A stretch of 10,620 nucleotides of DNA, taken from Campylobacterales bacterium (GTDB lineage Bacteria; Campylobacterota; Campylobacteria; Campylobacterales; Sulfurimonadaceae). Shown here piece by piece: positions 1-8,405 of the stretch (positions are counted from its first letter, which is position 1; the number at the start of each line of letters is the position of its first letter). Made by a program: the position numbers and the translations under genes. The DNA is taken from the NCBI GenBank assembly GCA_038205935.1, contig JBBRBK010000069.1, positions 1 through 10,620 on the forward strand, written 5' to 3'. Below the pieces are notes generated by a model. That model was not told the origin of the DNA. It ran no database searches and worked only from the letters and a program-made list of their open reading frames with translations.

Positions 1-218
1 GCACCTTTACCAGAAACATTTCTAGCACCAGTTTTGTAAGCTTTAAGAGCAGAAGTTATTTCAGCTGCACTTAATTTGTTAGGTGCGAAGTCTTTTGCTA
101 TAGTATTTTTAGAACCATCAACACCGTGACATCCTGCACAATTTGCTGGAGCACCAGCAGCCATTAAAGTAGAACTAACTGCCAATGCAGCTATTGTAGC
201 TATTACGATTTTTTTCAT
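1..218 (-). CDS. Class I c-type cytochrome (cytochrome c553-like), truncated by the left window edge
   Basis: Not in the ORF track; translated by hand as MKKIVIATIAALAVSSTLMAAGAPANCAGCHGVDGSKNTIAKDFAPNKLSAAEITSALKAYKTGARNVSGKG... It has a Sec signal peptide, a CAGCH heme motif (126..140) and an AGGGG RBS upstream of the ATG at 218. Confidence 0.93.
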   Translation of the reverse strand, partial: MKKIVIATIAALAVSSTLMAAGAPANCAGCHGVDGSKNTIAKDFAPNKLSAAEITSALKAYKTGARNVSGKG

Positions 219-278
219 TTTTAGACCCCTTGTTTGTTTTACACTTTTCTGTGTTATAGAAATCTTAACCTATCTGTT

Positions 279-294
279 GTGAACTATTCGTGAA
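279..294 (-). promoter_or_regulatory. TTCAC-N6-TTCAC direct repeat upstream of the cytochrome c gene (candidate OmpR-family operator)
   Basis: Minus strand reads TTCAC GAATAG TTCAC; on the plus strand GTGAACT occurs at 279 and 290, an 11-bp period. Confidence 0.45.
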
Positions 295-439
295 CTTTTT
301 ATTTATAGTAAGATATATTCTTTTGAATGATCTGCCTTGTATTCAAAGCTGTCTCACCTTATTCCTCTGCTGTAGATTCTATTTTTTTAAGTTCAAAACA
401 ATAGAGATTTTCATTCAGTTTGAGCGCAAAAAAGAAGTG

Positions 440-445
440 TATAAT
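440..445 (+). promoter_or_regulatory. Putative sigma70 -10 box for the uORF/selO transcript
   Basis: Perfect TATAAT about 100 nt upstream of the selO ATG in an AT-rich intergenic region. Confidence 0.45.
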
Positions 446-478
446 TTAATAAATTTATCTATTATGGAGGGAATTGAA

Positions 479-532
479 ATGTTAAAAGTATTGTTTTCAT
501 CTTTCTTTTGCCTCTGGGGCGTACGTTTATAA
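479..532 (+). other. Short 17-aa upstream ORF or signal-peptide-like gene remnant
   Basis: GGAGGG RBS, then ATG, encoding MLKVLFSSFFCLWGVRL*. It ends 14 nt before the selO start. Confidence 0.3.
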
Positions 533-546
533 AATAAGGAAGATAT

Positions 547-2280
547 ATGAAAGTAATAAAACAAAACTCTCAAACTGTAGAAACGCTCTACGATCTAGCA
601 AAATTGGTAAATTACTCGCTAATGGATACTCTCAACTGCGATCCTGATGCCAAAGCAAACGGTGTCGACCACTCGCCGCGACAAGTCTTCAGTGGGCACT
701 ATGTCCCCGTGAATCCAACACCAATCAAAGACCCAGAGTACATCGCACACAGTAAGAACTTATTTAGCGAACTGGGCTTCGCTGATAGCCTGGCACAATC
801 AGCCGACTTCGTCCGCATGTTCTCCGGCGATATTTCACACGCGCCAGAGCCGATGCGCAAGATCGGTTGGGCATGTGGGTATGCTCTTTCCATTTACGGC
901 ACAGAATACTACCAGCAGTGCCCCTTCCAAACTGGCAACGGATACGGTGACGGTCGCGCAATTTCCATCCTTGAGGCCGTGATTAACGGTAAGCGCTGGG
1001 AAATGCAGCTTAAAGGTGGTGGTCGGACGCCATACTGCCGCGGTGCCGACGGTCGAGCAGTCTTGCGCTCAAGCATCCGCGAATTTCTGGCACAGGAACA
1101 CATGCATGCACTTGGAGTACCAACATCACGCTCTTTGAGTTTGTTTACCTCAAAAACGGAGAAGGTCAAACGACCATGGTATTTAGAGGGATCACACTCA
1201 AAGGATCCCGAAATGATGATAACTGAGGCCGTCGCTATCTCAACACGGGTCGCACCGTCGTTTATACGAGTTGGTCAAATCGAACTTTTCGGTCGACGTG
1301 CCCGCAAAAATGAGCATCCAAAAGCGATGGAAGAACTCGAGAAGATTGTGCTGCACTTGATTGATCGTGAATACAGTGACGTAATTGAGACGAATTTAAC
1401 TACCGCGCAAAAAGCAGTATTGCTCGCGGGTGAATTCCGCAGTCGACTTACATCACTTGTGGCAAATTGGATCCGTGTTGGCTACTGCCAAGGCAACTTC
1501 AATAGTGACAACTGTGCAGCAGGAGGATTTACACTTGATTACGGACCATTTGGATTTTGCGATATGTTTGACCCGAATTATCAGCCGTGGACGGGTGGCG
1601 GACATCATTTCGCATTCCTAAATCAACCGCAAGCAGCGGAACGAAACTTTCATGTGTTTTGTAACGCTTTGGTGCCATTGCTGAAGTTGGATGAAAACTA
1701 TCTACTTGAGCTAGACGAGATTCGAAGTGGCTTTTCCAAAGTCATGCAAACACAAATGCAAATGATGTGGGCTAGCAAGCTTGGACTTGACACTTTTGAT
1801 GCAGCATTGTTTAGCGAGCTCAAAATACTTATGATACAAACTTCTGTTGATTACACTATCTTCTTTCGAGAGCTCTCACAAGTACCTAAGGACATTGAGC
1901 CACTTAAAAAAAGCTTCTACAAGGACTTAACATATGATGAAACGATACTAAAGAGCTGGACAGAGTGGCTCACAAAATGGAAATCACTCATTAACAGTAC
2001 CAACACGGCTGATGTAAATGCCACTTCGCCACAATCCCGCGAGAATCTTTCTTGTCGAATGAAACTTGTCAACCCAAAATACTCTCTGAGAGAGTGGTTC
2101 CTTGTGCCTGCGTATCAGCAAGCCACTGAGGGGAACTATTCTCTATTTAGGGAGATGCAAGAAGTCATGATAAATCCTTACGCTGAGCAGTCCAAAGACG
2201 TGGAGGAAAAATACTATAGACTCAAACCGTCTGAATTCTTTGAGATAGGGGGTATATCTCATATTAGCTGCTCGTCGTAA
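547..2280 (+). CDS. selO: Protein adenylyltransferase SelO / YdiU family (pseudokinase-fold AMPylase)
   Basis: Motifs [48 protein letters not shown] and C-terminal SCSS; AAGGA RBS. Confidence 0.93.
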   Translation: MKVIKQNSQTVETLYDLAKLVNYSLMDTLNCDPDAKANGVDHSPRQVFSGHYVPVNPTPIKDPEYIAHSKNLFSELGFADSLAQSADFVRMFSGDISHAPEPMRKIGWACGYALSIYGTEYYQQCPFQTGNGYGDGRAISILEAVINGKRWEMQLKGGGRTPYCRGADGRAVLRSSIREFLAQEHMHALGVPTSRSLSLFTSKTEKVKRPWYLEGSHSKDPEMMITEAVAISTRVAPSFIRVGQIELFGRRARKNEHPKAMEELEKIVLHLIDREYSDVIETNLTTAQKAVLLAGEFRSRLTSLVANWIRVGYCQGNFNSDNCAAGGFTLDYGPFGFCDMFDPNYQPWTGGGHHFAFLNQPQAAERNFHVFCNALVPLLKLDENYLLELDEIRSGFSKVMQTQMQMMWASKLGLDTFDAALFSELKILMIQTSVDYTIFFRELSQVPKDIEPLKKSFYKDLTYDETILKSWTEWLTKWKSLINSTNTADVNATSPQSRENLSCRMKLVNPKYSLREWFLVPAYQQATEGNYSLFREMQEVMINPYAEQSKDVEEKYYRLKPSEFFEIGGISHISCSS

Positions 2281-2554
2281 TCTTTCCAAAACTAATCGGG
2301 CAAAGAGCTTTCACCCAAGGCCTTCGTCTGATGTTAGAAAAAGGGAGATTGTTGACAAATACGATTTAATGAAAATTCATAATGGTTTTACTAAAAATTT
2401 TAAAGTTAAAAATGGTTGATGATTATTTTGTAAGCTATAAGAAAAAATGATTATTTAGACCGCAAAAATTTTTATTGAATCGCTTCTGCTGGAGGTTGAT
2501 AAAGAGGAAAAGAGGACTCAATCATGTTTGAATATTATCTTTTTACTCCTTGCC

Positions 2555-3625
2555 TTAGACAATTTCATCACGCAACATTTTTATAATTGCTCTTTCTTGA
2601 CTTTTGATATACTTGCTTAGATAAAATTCTTGTTGAGTTGTTAAATCGATTTTAGCATGATAAAGTTTATTTTCATCGAGCAAAGAAACAGTAATAACGC
2701 TTGCTTTGATCTCACCATCGTAACTAATAATCTCTTCAGGAAAATAGAGAGTTACACTATTATTTTTAAAGTTAAATTTACTCTTACTGGTGATTGCTAT
2801 ACCTCCAAGTGACACATCATAAAGGCCAAATTTAAATAACTCATTATCATGCATGACATCCAAAGTAAACTTCTTAAGTGGATGAACTCGAACTTCTTTA
2901 CGTTGATAGAGATCTTTTTTTAGATATTCAAATTGATGAAGTTTTAAGACATGTTCACCATTTAAATAGTGTGTTGTTACTTTTGCATAAAGATCATGAG
3001 GAAGGTCATCACCTTTTAAGATATGAATCTTCTTTTCATATGTTGCCGCTGTCATTTGGACAGAAGGTACTTGTAGTAGAATACTTTGGGCATCTGATTG
3101 AAGTATTTTTCCCTCATTTTGTATTGGTACTCCATAATAAGTATTTAGCACTGTTATAGCTATGTCGTTTGCTTGCAACTTCGCAAATAGTGCAACAAGA
3201 TCTAGTTGCTGCTCATCAGCATCTTGATTATGACTATATATATCCAATGCATATAGTATAAAATCTTCCATGGCATTCACGAGTATGCGAATTTGATCTA
3301 ATTGTGAGGTAGTTCCATACAATGATTTAATGTAAATATTTAATATGATGTAAAAAGTATTATTAAAAAAGAACTTTATCTCTTGTGGGTTTTTAAATTT
3401 TTTATGGATATTTATTAATACCGGCTCAATTTCATCTTTGCTTAGTGTAAATAAAATATACGCTAAAGGTTTTATGAGAGTTTGAAATTTTTCAGGTGAA
3501 AGTTGTTTGACATCCATACTCTTATAGACCTGCCATGTAGCTTTTATAAATGTAGGAATTAATACTTTCGCATGAAGATTTGAGTGAGAAAGATTTCTAA
3601 ATGTGTGAACGAACCCTCTTTGCAT
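2555..3625 (-). CDS. PilZ-domain protein (putative c-di-GMP receptor) with an N-terminal helical domain
   Basis: RxxxR (QRKEVR) followed by DxSxxG (DVSLGG) in the C-terminal third; GAGGA RBS upstream of the ATG at 3625. Confidence 0.85.
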   Translation of the reverse strand: MQRGFVHTFRNLSHSNLHAKVLIPTFIKATWQVYKSMDVKQLSPEKFQTLIKPLAYILFTLSKDEIEPVLINIHKKFKNPQEIKFFFNNTFYIILNIYIKSLYGTTSQLDQIRILVNAMEDFILYALDIYSHNQDADEQQLDLVALFAKLQANDIAITVLNTYYGVPIQNEGKILQSDAQSILLQVPSVQMTAATYEKKIHILKGDDLPHDLYAKVTTHYLNGEHVLKLHQFEYLKKDLYQRKEVRVHPLKKFTLDVMHDNELFKFGLYDVSLGGIAITSKSKFNFKNNSVTLYFPEEIISYDGEIKASVITVSLLDENKLYHAKIDLTTQQEFYLSKYIKSQERAIIKMLRDEIV

Positions 3626-3742
3626 TATATCTATCCTCGTGAAATTGCGAACAAACTTTTATAACCTTCTTACAAATCATGTATTGGTCACCTTATACTG
3701 CATATTGTATCATCATATCTAAATGAAATATATATAAAAATA

Positions 3743-3758
3743 GTGAAGATTGTATGAA
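3743..3758 (-). promoter_or_regulatory. TTCAT-N6-TTCAC direct repeat in the divergent pilZ/ompA intergenic region
   Basis: Plus strand has TGAAGATT at 3744 and 3755 (11-bp period); minus strand reads TTCAT ACAATC TTCAC. Confidence 0.4.
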
Positions 3759-3766
3759 GATTATGG

Positions 3767-3799
3767 AATAACCGAAAAGTAACTGACTAACTATAACAT
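3767..3799 (+). promoter_or_regulatory. Conserved upstream motif, copy 1 (ompA)
   Basis: AATAACC GAAA AGTAACT (3767..3784), 9 nt, then TAACAT (3794..3799). A further TATAAT lies at 3803..3808. Confidence 0.55.
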
Positions 3800-3826
3800 T
3801 TCTATAATAATAAAAAAAGGATTACC

Positions 3827-4930
3827 ATGAAAAAATTACTACTAGTTCCGGCACTTTTAGCATCTTCTTTGCTATTAGCACAAGACTATAACTTTGAGAT
3901 TACACCTTTAGTCGGGTATGACATAGCGGAAGGAAATCTTAATCTCAAGAACCAAGCTGTTTTCGGTGGTGAGTTTCAACTTAACAATACGGGAATGCCT
4001 ATAAGTCCTGAACTTTCTGTTCTTTACTCAAACGCAGATTTTGATCCAAGTCACCTTGGCAGTACAAATATGTACCGTATCGCTTTAAACGGTGTATATG
4101 AGTTTAATAAAATTTCATATTTAACTCCATTTGTAAAAGCTGGTCTTGGTTATGAAACTATGAGTGAGCACCAAGAAGCAAGAACCGGCAATGTTGATTC
4201 TCCATTTCTCGATACTGGAATAGGTGCTAAAATGCCAATCACAAAAAATATTGCTTTAAAACTTGAAGCAGTTTATATGATAAAAAATAATAATAACAGA
4301 TGGGATAACAATTTAGCTCTTCTTGCTGGTATCAATATTGCATTTGGAGAAAAAGCTCAACCTGCTGTAGCTCCGGTTGAAGCAGCGCCTGTTGTAGTAC
4401 CTGCCCTAGAATCTCAACCAGTTGTTGAAGAGAAGCCAGTTGTTGAAGAAAAGCCAGTTGTTGAAGAGACAGCAGTTGTAGTAGTTGATGGCGATGATGA
4501 TAATGATGGTGTTAAAAACTCTATTGACAAATGTCCAAATACTCCAGCTGGCGCAAAAGTTGACCAAGATGGCTGTCCAGTAGTTGTAAACTTACACGCA
4601 AACTTTAAATTTGACTCATCTAAAATAGAAGCTGGTGATAAAACAGAGATTAAAGAATTTGCAACATTCATGAAGCAAAATCCCGAGTATACTACAAAGA
4701 TCACGGGGTATGCTGATAGTACTGGCACCTCTGCTTATAACCTAAAACTTTCTAAAGCGCGTGCAGTTGCTATTAAAAAAGAACTTGTGAAACTAGGCGT
4801 TAAAGCAAAAAGAATCACAGTATCAGGAATGGGTGAAGCAGATCCAATTGCTACAAACAAGACAACTGCAGGTCGTGCAGAAAATAGACGTGCAGAAGAT
4901 AGACGTATAGAAGCTAACCTTAGTAAATAA
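3827..4930 (+). CDS. OmpA-family outer membrane protein (CadF/OprF-like: beta-barrel, Pro/Val/Glu linker, TSP3-like Asp repeats, OmpA C-terminal domain)
   Basis: Signal peptide, amphipathic beta-strands, DGDDDNDGVKNSIDKCPNTPAGAKVDQDGC, F-FDSS, GYADSTG, YNLKLSKARA and GRAENRR; AAGGA RBS. Confidence 0.95.
   Translation: MKKLLLVPALLASSLLLAQDYNFEITPLVGYDIAEGNLNLKNQAVFGGEFQLNNTGMPISPELSVLYSNADFDPSHLGSTNMYRIALNGVYEFNKISYLTPFVKAGLGYETMSEHQEARTGNVDSPFLDTGIGAKMPITKNIALKLEAVYMIKNNNNRWDNNLALLAGINIAFGEKAQPAVAPVEAAPVVVPALESQPVVEEKPVVEEKPVVEETAVVVVDGDDDNDGVKNSIDKCPNTPAGAKVDQDGCPVVVNLHANFKFDSSKIEAGDKTEIKEFATFMKQNPEYTTKITGYADSTGTSAYNLKLSKARAVAIKKELVKLGVKAKRITVSGMGEADPIATNKTTAGRAENRRAEDRRIEANLSK
4418..4470 (+). 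repeat. About 3 x 18-bp in-frame tandem repeat (PVVEEK)
   Basis: ccagttgttgaagagaag / ccagttgttgaagaaaag / ccagttgttgaagagac. Confidence 0.9.
4874..4906 (+). repeat. 15-bp in-frame tandem duplication in the OmpA C-terminal motif
   Basis: cgtgcagaaaataga / cgtgcagaagataga / cgt, encoding RAENR RAEDR R. Confidence 0.85.
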
Positions 4931-4948
4931 TATTAAGTGCTCCAAGCA

Positions 4949-4991
4949 TTATCTTTGCCGGCGGAAAAAATTCCCGTTTTGGCAAAGATAA
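4949..4991. terminator. Stem-loop between convergent ompA and ppk2, probable bidirectional terminator
   Basis: Perfect 11-bp inverted repeat ttatctttgcc ... ggcaaagataa with additional partial inner pairing. Confidence 0.7.
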
Positions 4992-5012
4992 ATTTGGCGA
5001 TAAATATATTGT

Positions 5013-5891
5013 TTATGAATTTTCTTTTGTTAGCTCTTCGCGTATCGCTTGTAATTCCTGAGAATGTTGCTCGCTAGATACTGGATAAGCTAATTTGAGT
5101 GATTCAAATGCATCGAGAATAATTTGAGAAATAATCAGCCGCGCGTTTTTCTTGTCATCAGCAGGCACCACATACCAAGGTGCATCTTCCGTACTTGTGG
5201 CACTTAGACATTTTTCGTAAGCCTGCATGTAGTGTTTCCAAAATTTACGCTCTTCAATATCTGCAAGACTTAATTTCCAGTTTTTATTAGGATCGTCGAT
5301 ACGATCTAGAAATCGCTTACGCTGTTCCTCCTCAGAAAGATGCAAGAAAAACTTGATAACGCGTGTGCCATTACGATGGAGATGCTTTTCCATGTCTACT
5401 ATGGATTGGTAACGCTCCTTCCAGATAGTTTTTTGGTTCAATAATACTTCAGGAATAGCTTCGCCTTGCAAAATTTCCGGATGCACACGCACGATCAATA
5501 CTTCCTCATAATAAGAGCGATTAAAAATACCAATTCGGCCGCGCTCAGGCAGAGCCTGCGTAGTGCGCCATAGAAAATCATGCTCGAGTTCTGCCGCACT
5601 GGGATGCTTAAAACTAAACACTTGACACCCTTGAGGATTGACGCCGGACATTACATGTCTAATAGCGCCATCCTTTCCTGCTGCGTCCATCGCTTGAAAT
5701 ATCAATAGCACTGAATAATTATTGGATGCATAATGTAACTGTTGTTGAGTGCTCAGCCTTTGAATATGTTTTTTTAGAAGTTTCTTATAATTTTTTTTCG
5801 ATTTGTATATCGGCTCAACTTGCGTTGACCACTTATCAAGTTCAACTTTTTCACCTGCTAAAACGCGGAAATCTTTTGATTTTACTTTCAT
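5013..5891 (-). CDS. ppk2: Polyphosphate kinase 2 family protein, class III-like single domain
   Basis: Walker [39 protein letters not shown] and [11 protein letters not shown]. The ATG at 5891 is preferred over the GTG at 5894 from AGGA RBS spacing. Confidence 0.95.
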   Translation of the reverse strand: MKVKSKDFRVLAGEKVELDKWSTQVEPIYKSKKNYKKLLKKHIQRLSTQQQLHYASNNYSVLLIFQAMDAAGKDGAIRHVMSGVNPQGCQVFSFKHPSAAELEHDFLWRTTQALPERGRIGIFNRSYYEEVLIVRVHPEILQGEAIPEVLLNQKTIWKERYQSIVDMEKHLHRNGTRVIKFFLHLSEEEQRKRFLDRIDDPNKNWKLSLADIEERKFWKHYMQAYEKCLSATSTEDAPWYVVPADDKKNARLIISQIILDAFESLKLAYPVSSEQHSQELQAIREELTKENS

Positions 5892-5940
5892 CACTATCCT
5901 TGTGCTATCACGAAGTTTTTCATATCTTACTTAGATATGT

Positions 5941-8382
5941 TTATCTTGTTGGATCAAATACTTTATACGCCAGTAGTTTTACGCGATCATTTACAAGAAA
6001 CCATATCAGCGCATAGCCCCAGACAAATAACGCCCAGCCCCACCCTATTGGTGTCATAAATATACCATAAACCGCAATCAGTGTCGCTACAATTTGCGTA
6101 CCAAGCACGGCCATCCACAAAATTTTTGCCGGACGTATCGACCAAAATGCTCCTCGAGTTCGTGTCAGAAAAATCGTCAGATGGCCCGCCACGGAGAGCT
6201 TCAAATACATTAACGTCTGAATATGGTCACGGTCAAGATAGAACACGCGCTCGCCCAGATAAAATAAACCGAAGGCAGAAATAACCCCAATGATGCCCAG
6301 CACCGTGGAGACACCCAACACCATATGCATGTTCCATGCCTCAGGCTTGTTTTTATAATGAACATTGTCATAAGCGATTGACAAAATAGCCCCATCATTG
6401 AGTAGTGCCAACATTACAATCATGACTGCAGTCAGTGGATAAAAGTTGAAAATCAGGATCGCCAGTGTCATAAATAATAGTACGCGCAACGTTTCTGCGA
6501 TGCGATAAATTGCGTAACTATTCATCCGTTGGAAGATTTTTCGGCTCTCTTTGATTGCGTCGATAATCACAGATAATCCAGGCGTCATCAGCACGATATC
6601 TGCTGCAGCGCGCGCGGCATCCGTCGCGCCTGAAACAGCTATTCCACAGTCGGCTTTTTTTAGCGCAGGGGCATCATTCACTCCATCGCCAGTCATACCG
6701 ACAATGTGTCCGCGTTGTTGTAGGACATCAATAATATGAAACTTGTGCTCGGGAAATACTTGTGCAAAGCCGTCGGCTCTTTCTATGGACTCTGCTAGTT
6801 GCCCCGTCTCGTGATGCTTAGTATCACCAAAACCACTGGCATCGAGAATATTTTTACCCATTCCCAGTTGGGCTGCGGTTTCGCGTGCGATGGCAAGTGC
6901 ATCGCCCGTAACCATTTTAACGCTCACACCCATCTCTCGCGCAGTTGCGATGGTTGTCTTAGCCTGCTCGCGTGGCGGATCGAAGAGGGGAAGCACACCA
7001 AGAAACTGCCATTGACCCTCATCATCAGCTCGCGCCACTCCTAAAGAACGGAAGCCGCGCGCCGCAAATTCATCGACAGCTTTATTGACAGCGGAGATGA
7101 TATAGTCTGTATTGGAAGATAATTGCAAAATCACCTGCGGCGCGCCTTTTGTTACCTTAAACAAGTTGCCATCAGGACCCTTCACAGTCGCCTCCGTACG
7201 TTTATGTACCGGATCAAATGGCTGGAAGTGAACGACCTCATAGCCTTGTAGTGCATCTTTGTCTTTAAGTCCGCCCAACACAGCTACATCAATAGTATCC
7301 ATATTATCTAAACGTGAGGCAAGAGCGCCATTAAAAATAACTTGTTCGGCGGATATGTCGTTCATACAAAATGGTTCGCCCAGAGTCAGCTTGTTTTGAG
7401 TCAGCGTTCCAGTCTTGTCAGAGCATAAAATATCAACTCCAGCCAACTCTTCAATAGCGGCCAAACGGGTAACAATAGCTTCTTTCTTGGCTAAAAGACG
7501 CGCACCAACTGCCATGGTCACAGATAACACGGTCGGCATCGCTACGGGAATCGCGGCCACTGTCAGTACTAGTGCAAACTGCAAAGTAGTAAGGATGGGA
7601 TCGCCACGAAATAATGCAACAGTGATGATTATAGCGACTAGTACTACGGCGAGGATAATCAGATAATTGCCGATTTTCAGCACAGCGCGCTGAAAATGGC
7701 TAGCGGTTTGCTCCCCTTGTATCAGTTGCGCAGTCTTGCCAAAATAAGTATTTTGACCTGTGGCATATACAAGTGCATCAATTTCACCGCTGCGAACAAT
7801 AGATCCAGAGAACACAGCATCTTCAGACTTGTGCAAGACGGGCAAAGACTCGCCCGTCAATGCGGACTGATCCACTTCAATGGGATCACCTTGCAATAAA
7901 CGGGCATCTGCTGGTACAATATTTCCAAGTCGTAGATGGATAATGTCACCAGGCACCAATTCACGTGCCGCAGAACTTATCCACTTGCCATCGCGTTTCA
8001 CCTGAGCAGTGATTGCAAGTTTTGCCTTAAGTGCGGCGATGGCATTGCCAGCTTGATGTTCTTCCCAAAAGCCAACCACGGCGTTGGCTATAAGTAGTGT
8101 AAGAATAATGCCAAAGTCTGGCCAATGTTGGGAAATTGCCGATAAGATCACGGCTGCTTCAATCATCCACGGAATTGGTCCCCAGAAGTAAAGCAAGAAT
8201 TTAAGGAAGGGATTTGTTTGTTTTTCTGTAATTTCGTTTGGTCCGTATTGAAGCAGGCGTTTCTTTGACTCGGCTTGGCTTAGGCCATCAGGTGAAGATT
8301 CTAATTTTTTCTCTACCTCCGAGTAGGCTAGCGTTTTAAAATCATCTTGTGGCTCTTTGGTATCGGTTTGCATGACGGGCAT
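5941..8382 (-). CDS. Plasma-membrane proton-efflux P-type ATPase (type P3A)
   Basis: TGES, IPVAMPTVLSVTMAVGA, CSDKTGTLT (DKTGT at 7405..7419), KGAPQ, DPPR, MVTGD, FPEHK, TGDGVNDAPALKKA, YAIYRI and LLNDG; GAGGGAG RBS. Confidence 0.96.
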   Translation of the reverse strand: MPVMQTDTKEPQDDFKTLAYSEVEKKLESSPDGLSQAESKKRLLQYGPNEITEKQTNPFLKFLLYFWGPIPWMIEAAVILSAISQHWPDFGIILTLLIANAVVGFWEEHQAGNAIAALKAKLAITAQVKRDGKWISSAARELVPGDIIHLRLGNIVPADARLLQGDPIEVDQSALTGESLPVLHKSEDAVFSGSIVRSGEIDALVYATGQNTYFGKTAQLIQGEQTASHFQRAVLKIGNYLIILAVVLVAIIITVALFRGDPILTTLQFALVLTVAAIPVAMPTVLSVTMAVGARLLAKKEAIVTRLAAIEELAGVDILCSDKTGTLTQNKLTLGEPFCMNDISAEQVIFNGALASRLDNMDTIDVAVLGGLKDKDALQGYEVVHFQPFDPVHKRTEATVKGPDGNLFKVTKGAPQVILQLSSNTDYIISAVNKAVDEFAARGFRSLGVARADDEGQWQFLGVLPLFDPPREQAKTTIATAREMGVSVKMVTGDALAIARETAAQLGMGKNILDASGFGDTKHHETGQLAESIERADGFAQVFPEHKFHIIDVLQQRGHIVGMTGDGVNDAPALKKADCGIAVSGATDAARAAADIVLMTPGLSVIIDAIKESRKIFQRMNSYAIYRIAETLRVLLFMTLAILIFNFYPLTAVMIVMLALLNDGAILSIAYDNVHYKNKPEAWNMHMVLGVSTVLGIIGVISAFGLFYLGERVFYLDRDHIQTLMYLKLSVAGHLTIFLTRTRGAFWSIRPAKILWMAVLGTQIVATLIAVYGIFMTPIGWGWALFVWGYALIWFLVNDRVKLLAYKVFDPTR

Positions 8383-8405
8383 TCTCCCTCTTGTGTTAGC
8401 AAATG

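Noticed and set aside
290..532. 80-aa ORF in the track
   Set aside because: It spans AT-rich promoter DNA, starts at a GTG with no RBS and has a non-protein-like composition. Only the last 17 codons have an RBS.
2260..2300. Selenocysteine in the SelO C-terminus
   Set aside because: The motif is SCSS with a TGC codon and a TAA stop; there is no in-frame TGA.
2352..2383. TTGACA ... CATAAT orphan promoter or sRNA between convergent genes
   Set aside because: The spacer is 20 nt, and no convincing downstream ORF or structured RNA is visible.
4418..4470. CRISPR-like repeats
   Set aside because: These are contiguous in-frame coding repeats without spacers, and no cas genes are present.
3827..4930. 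Calling the OmpA gene cadF
   Set aside because: The architecture is similar, but the FRLS fibronectin-binding motif is absent and orthology cannot be shown from sequence alone.
5941..8382. MgtA (Mg2+) or Ca2+ P-type ATPase
   Set aside because: M4 reads IPVAMP rather than PEML/PEGL, and the M5/M6 signatures are those of P3A pumps.
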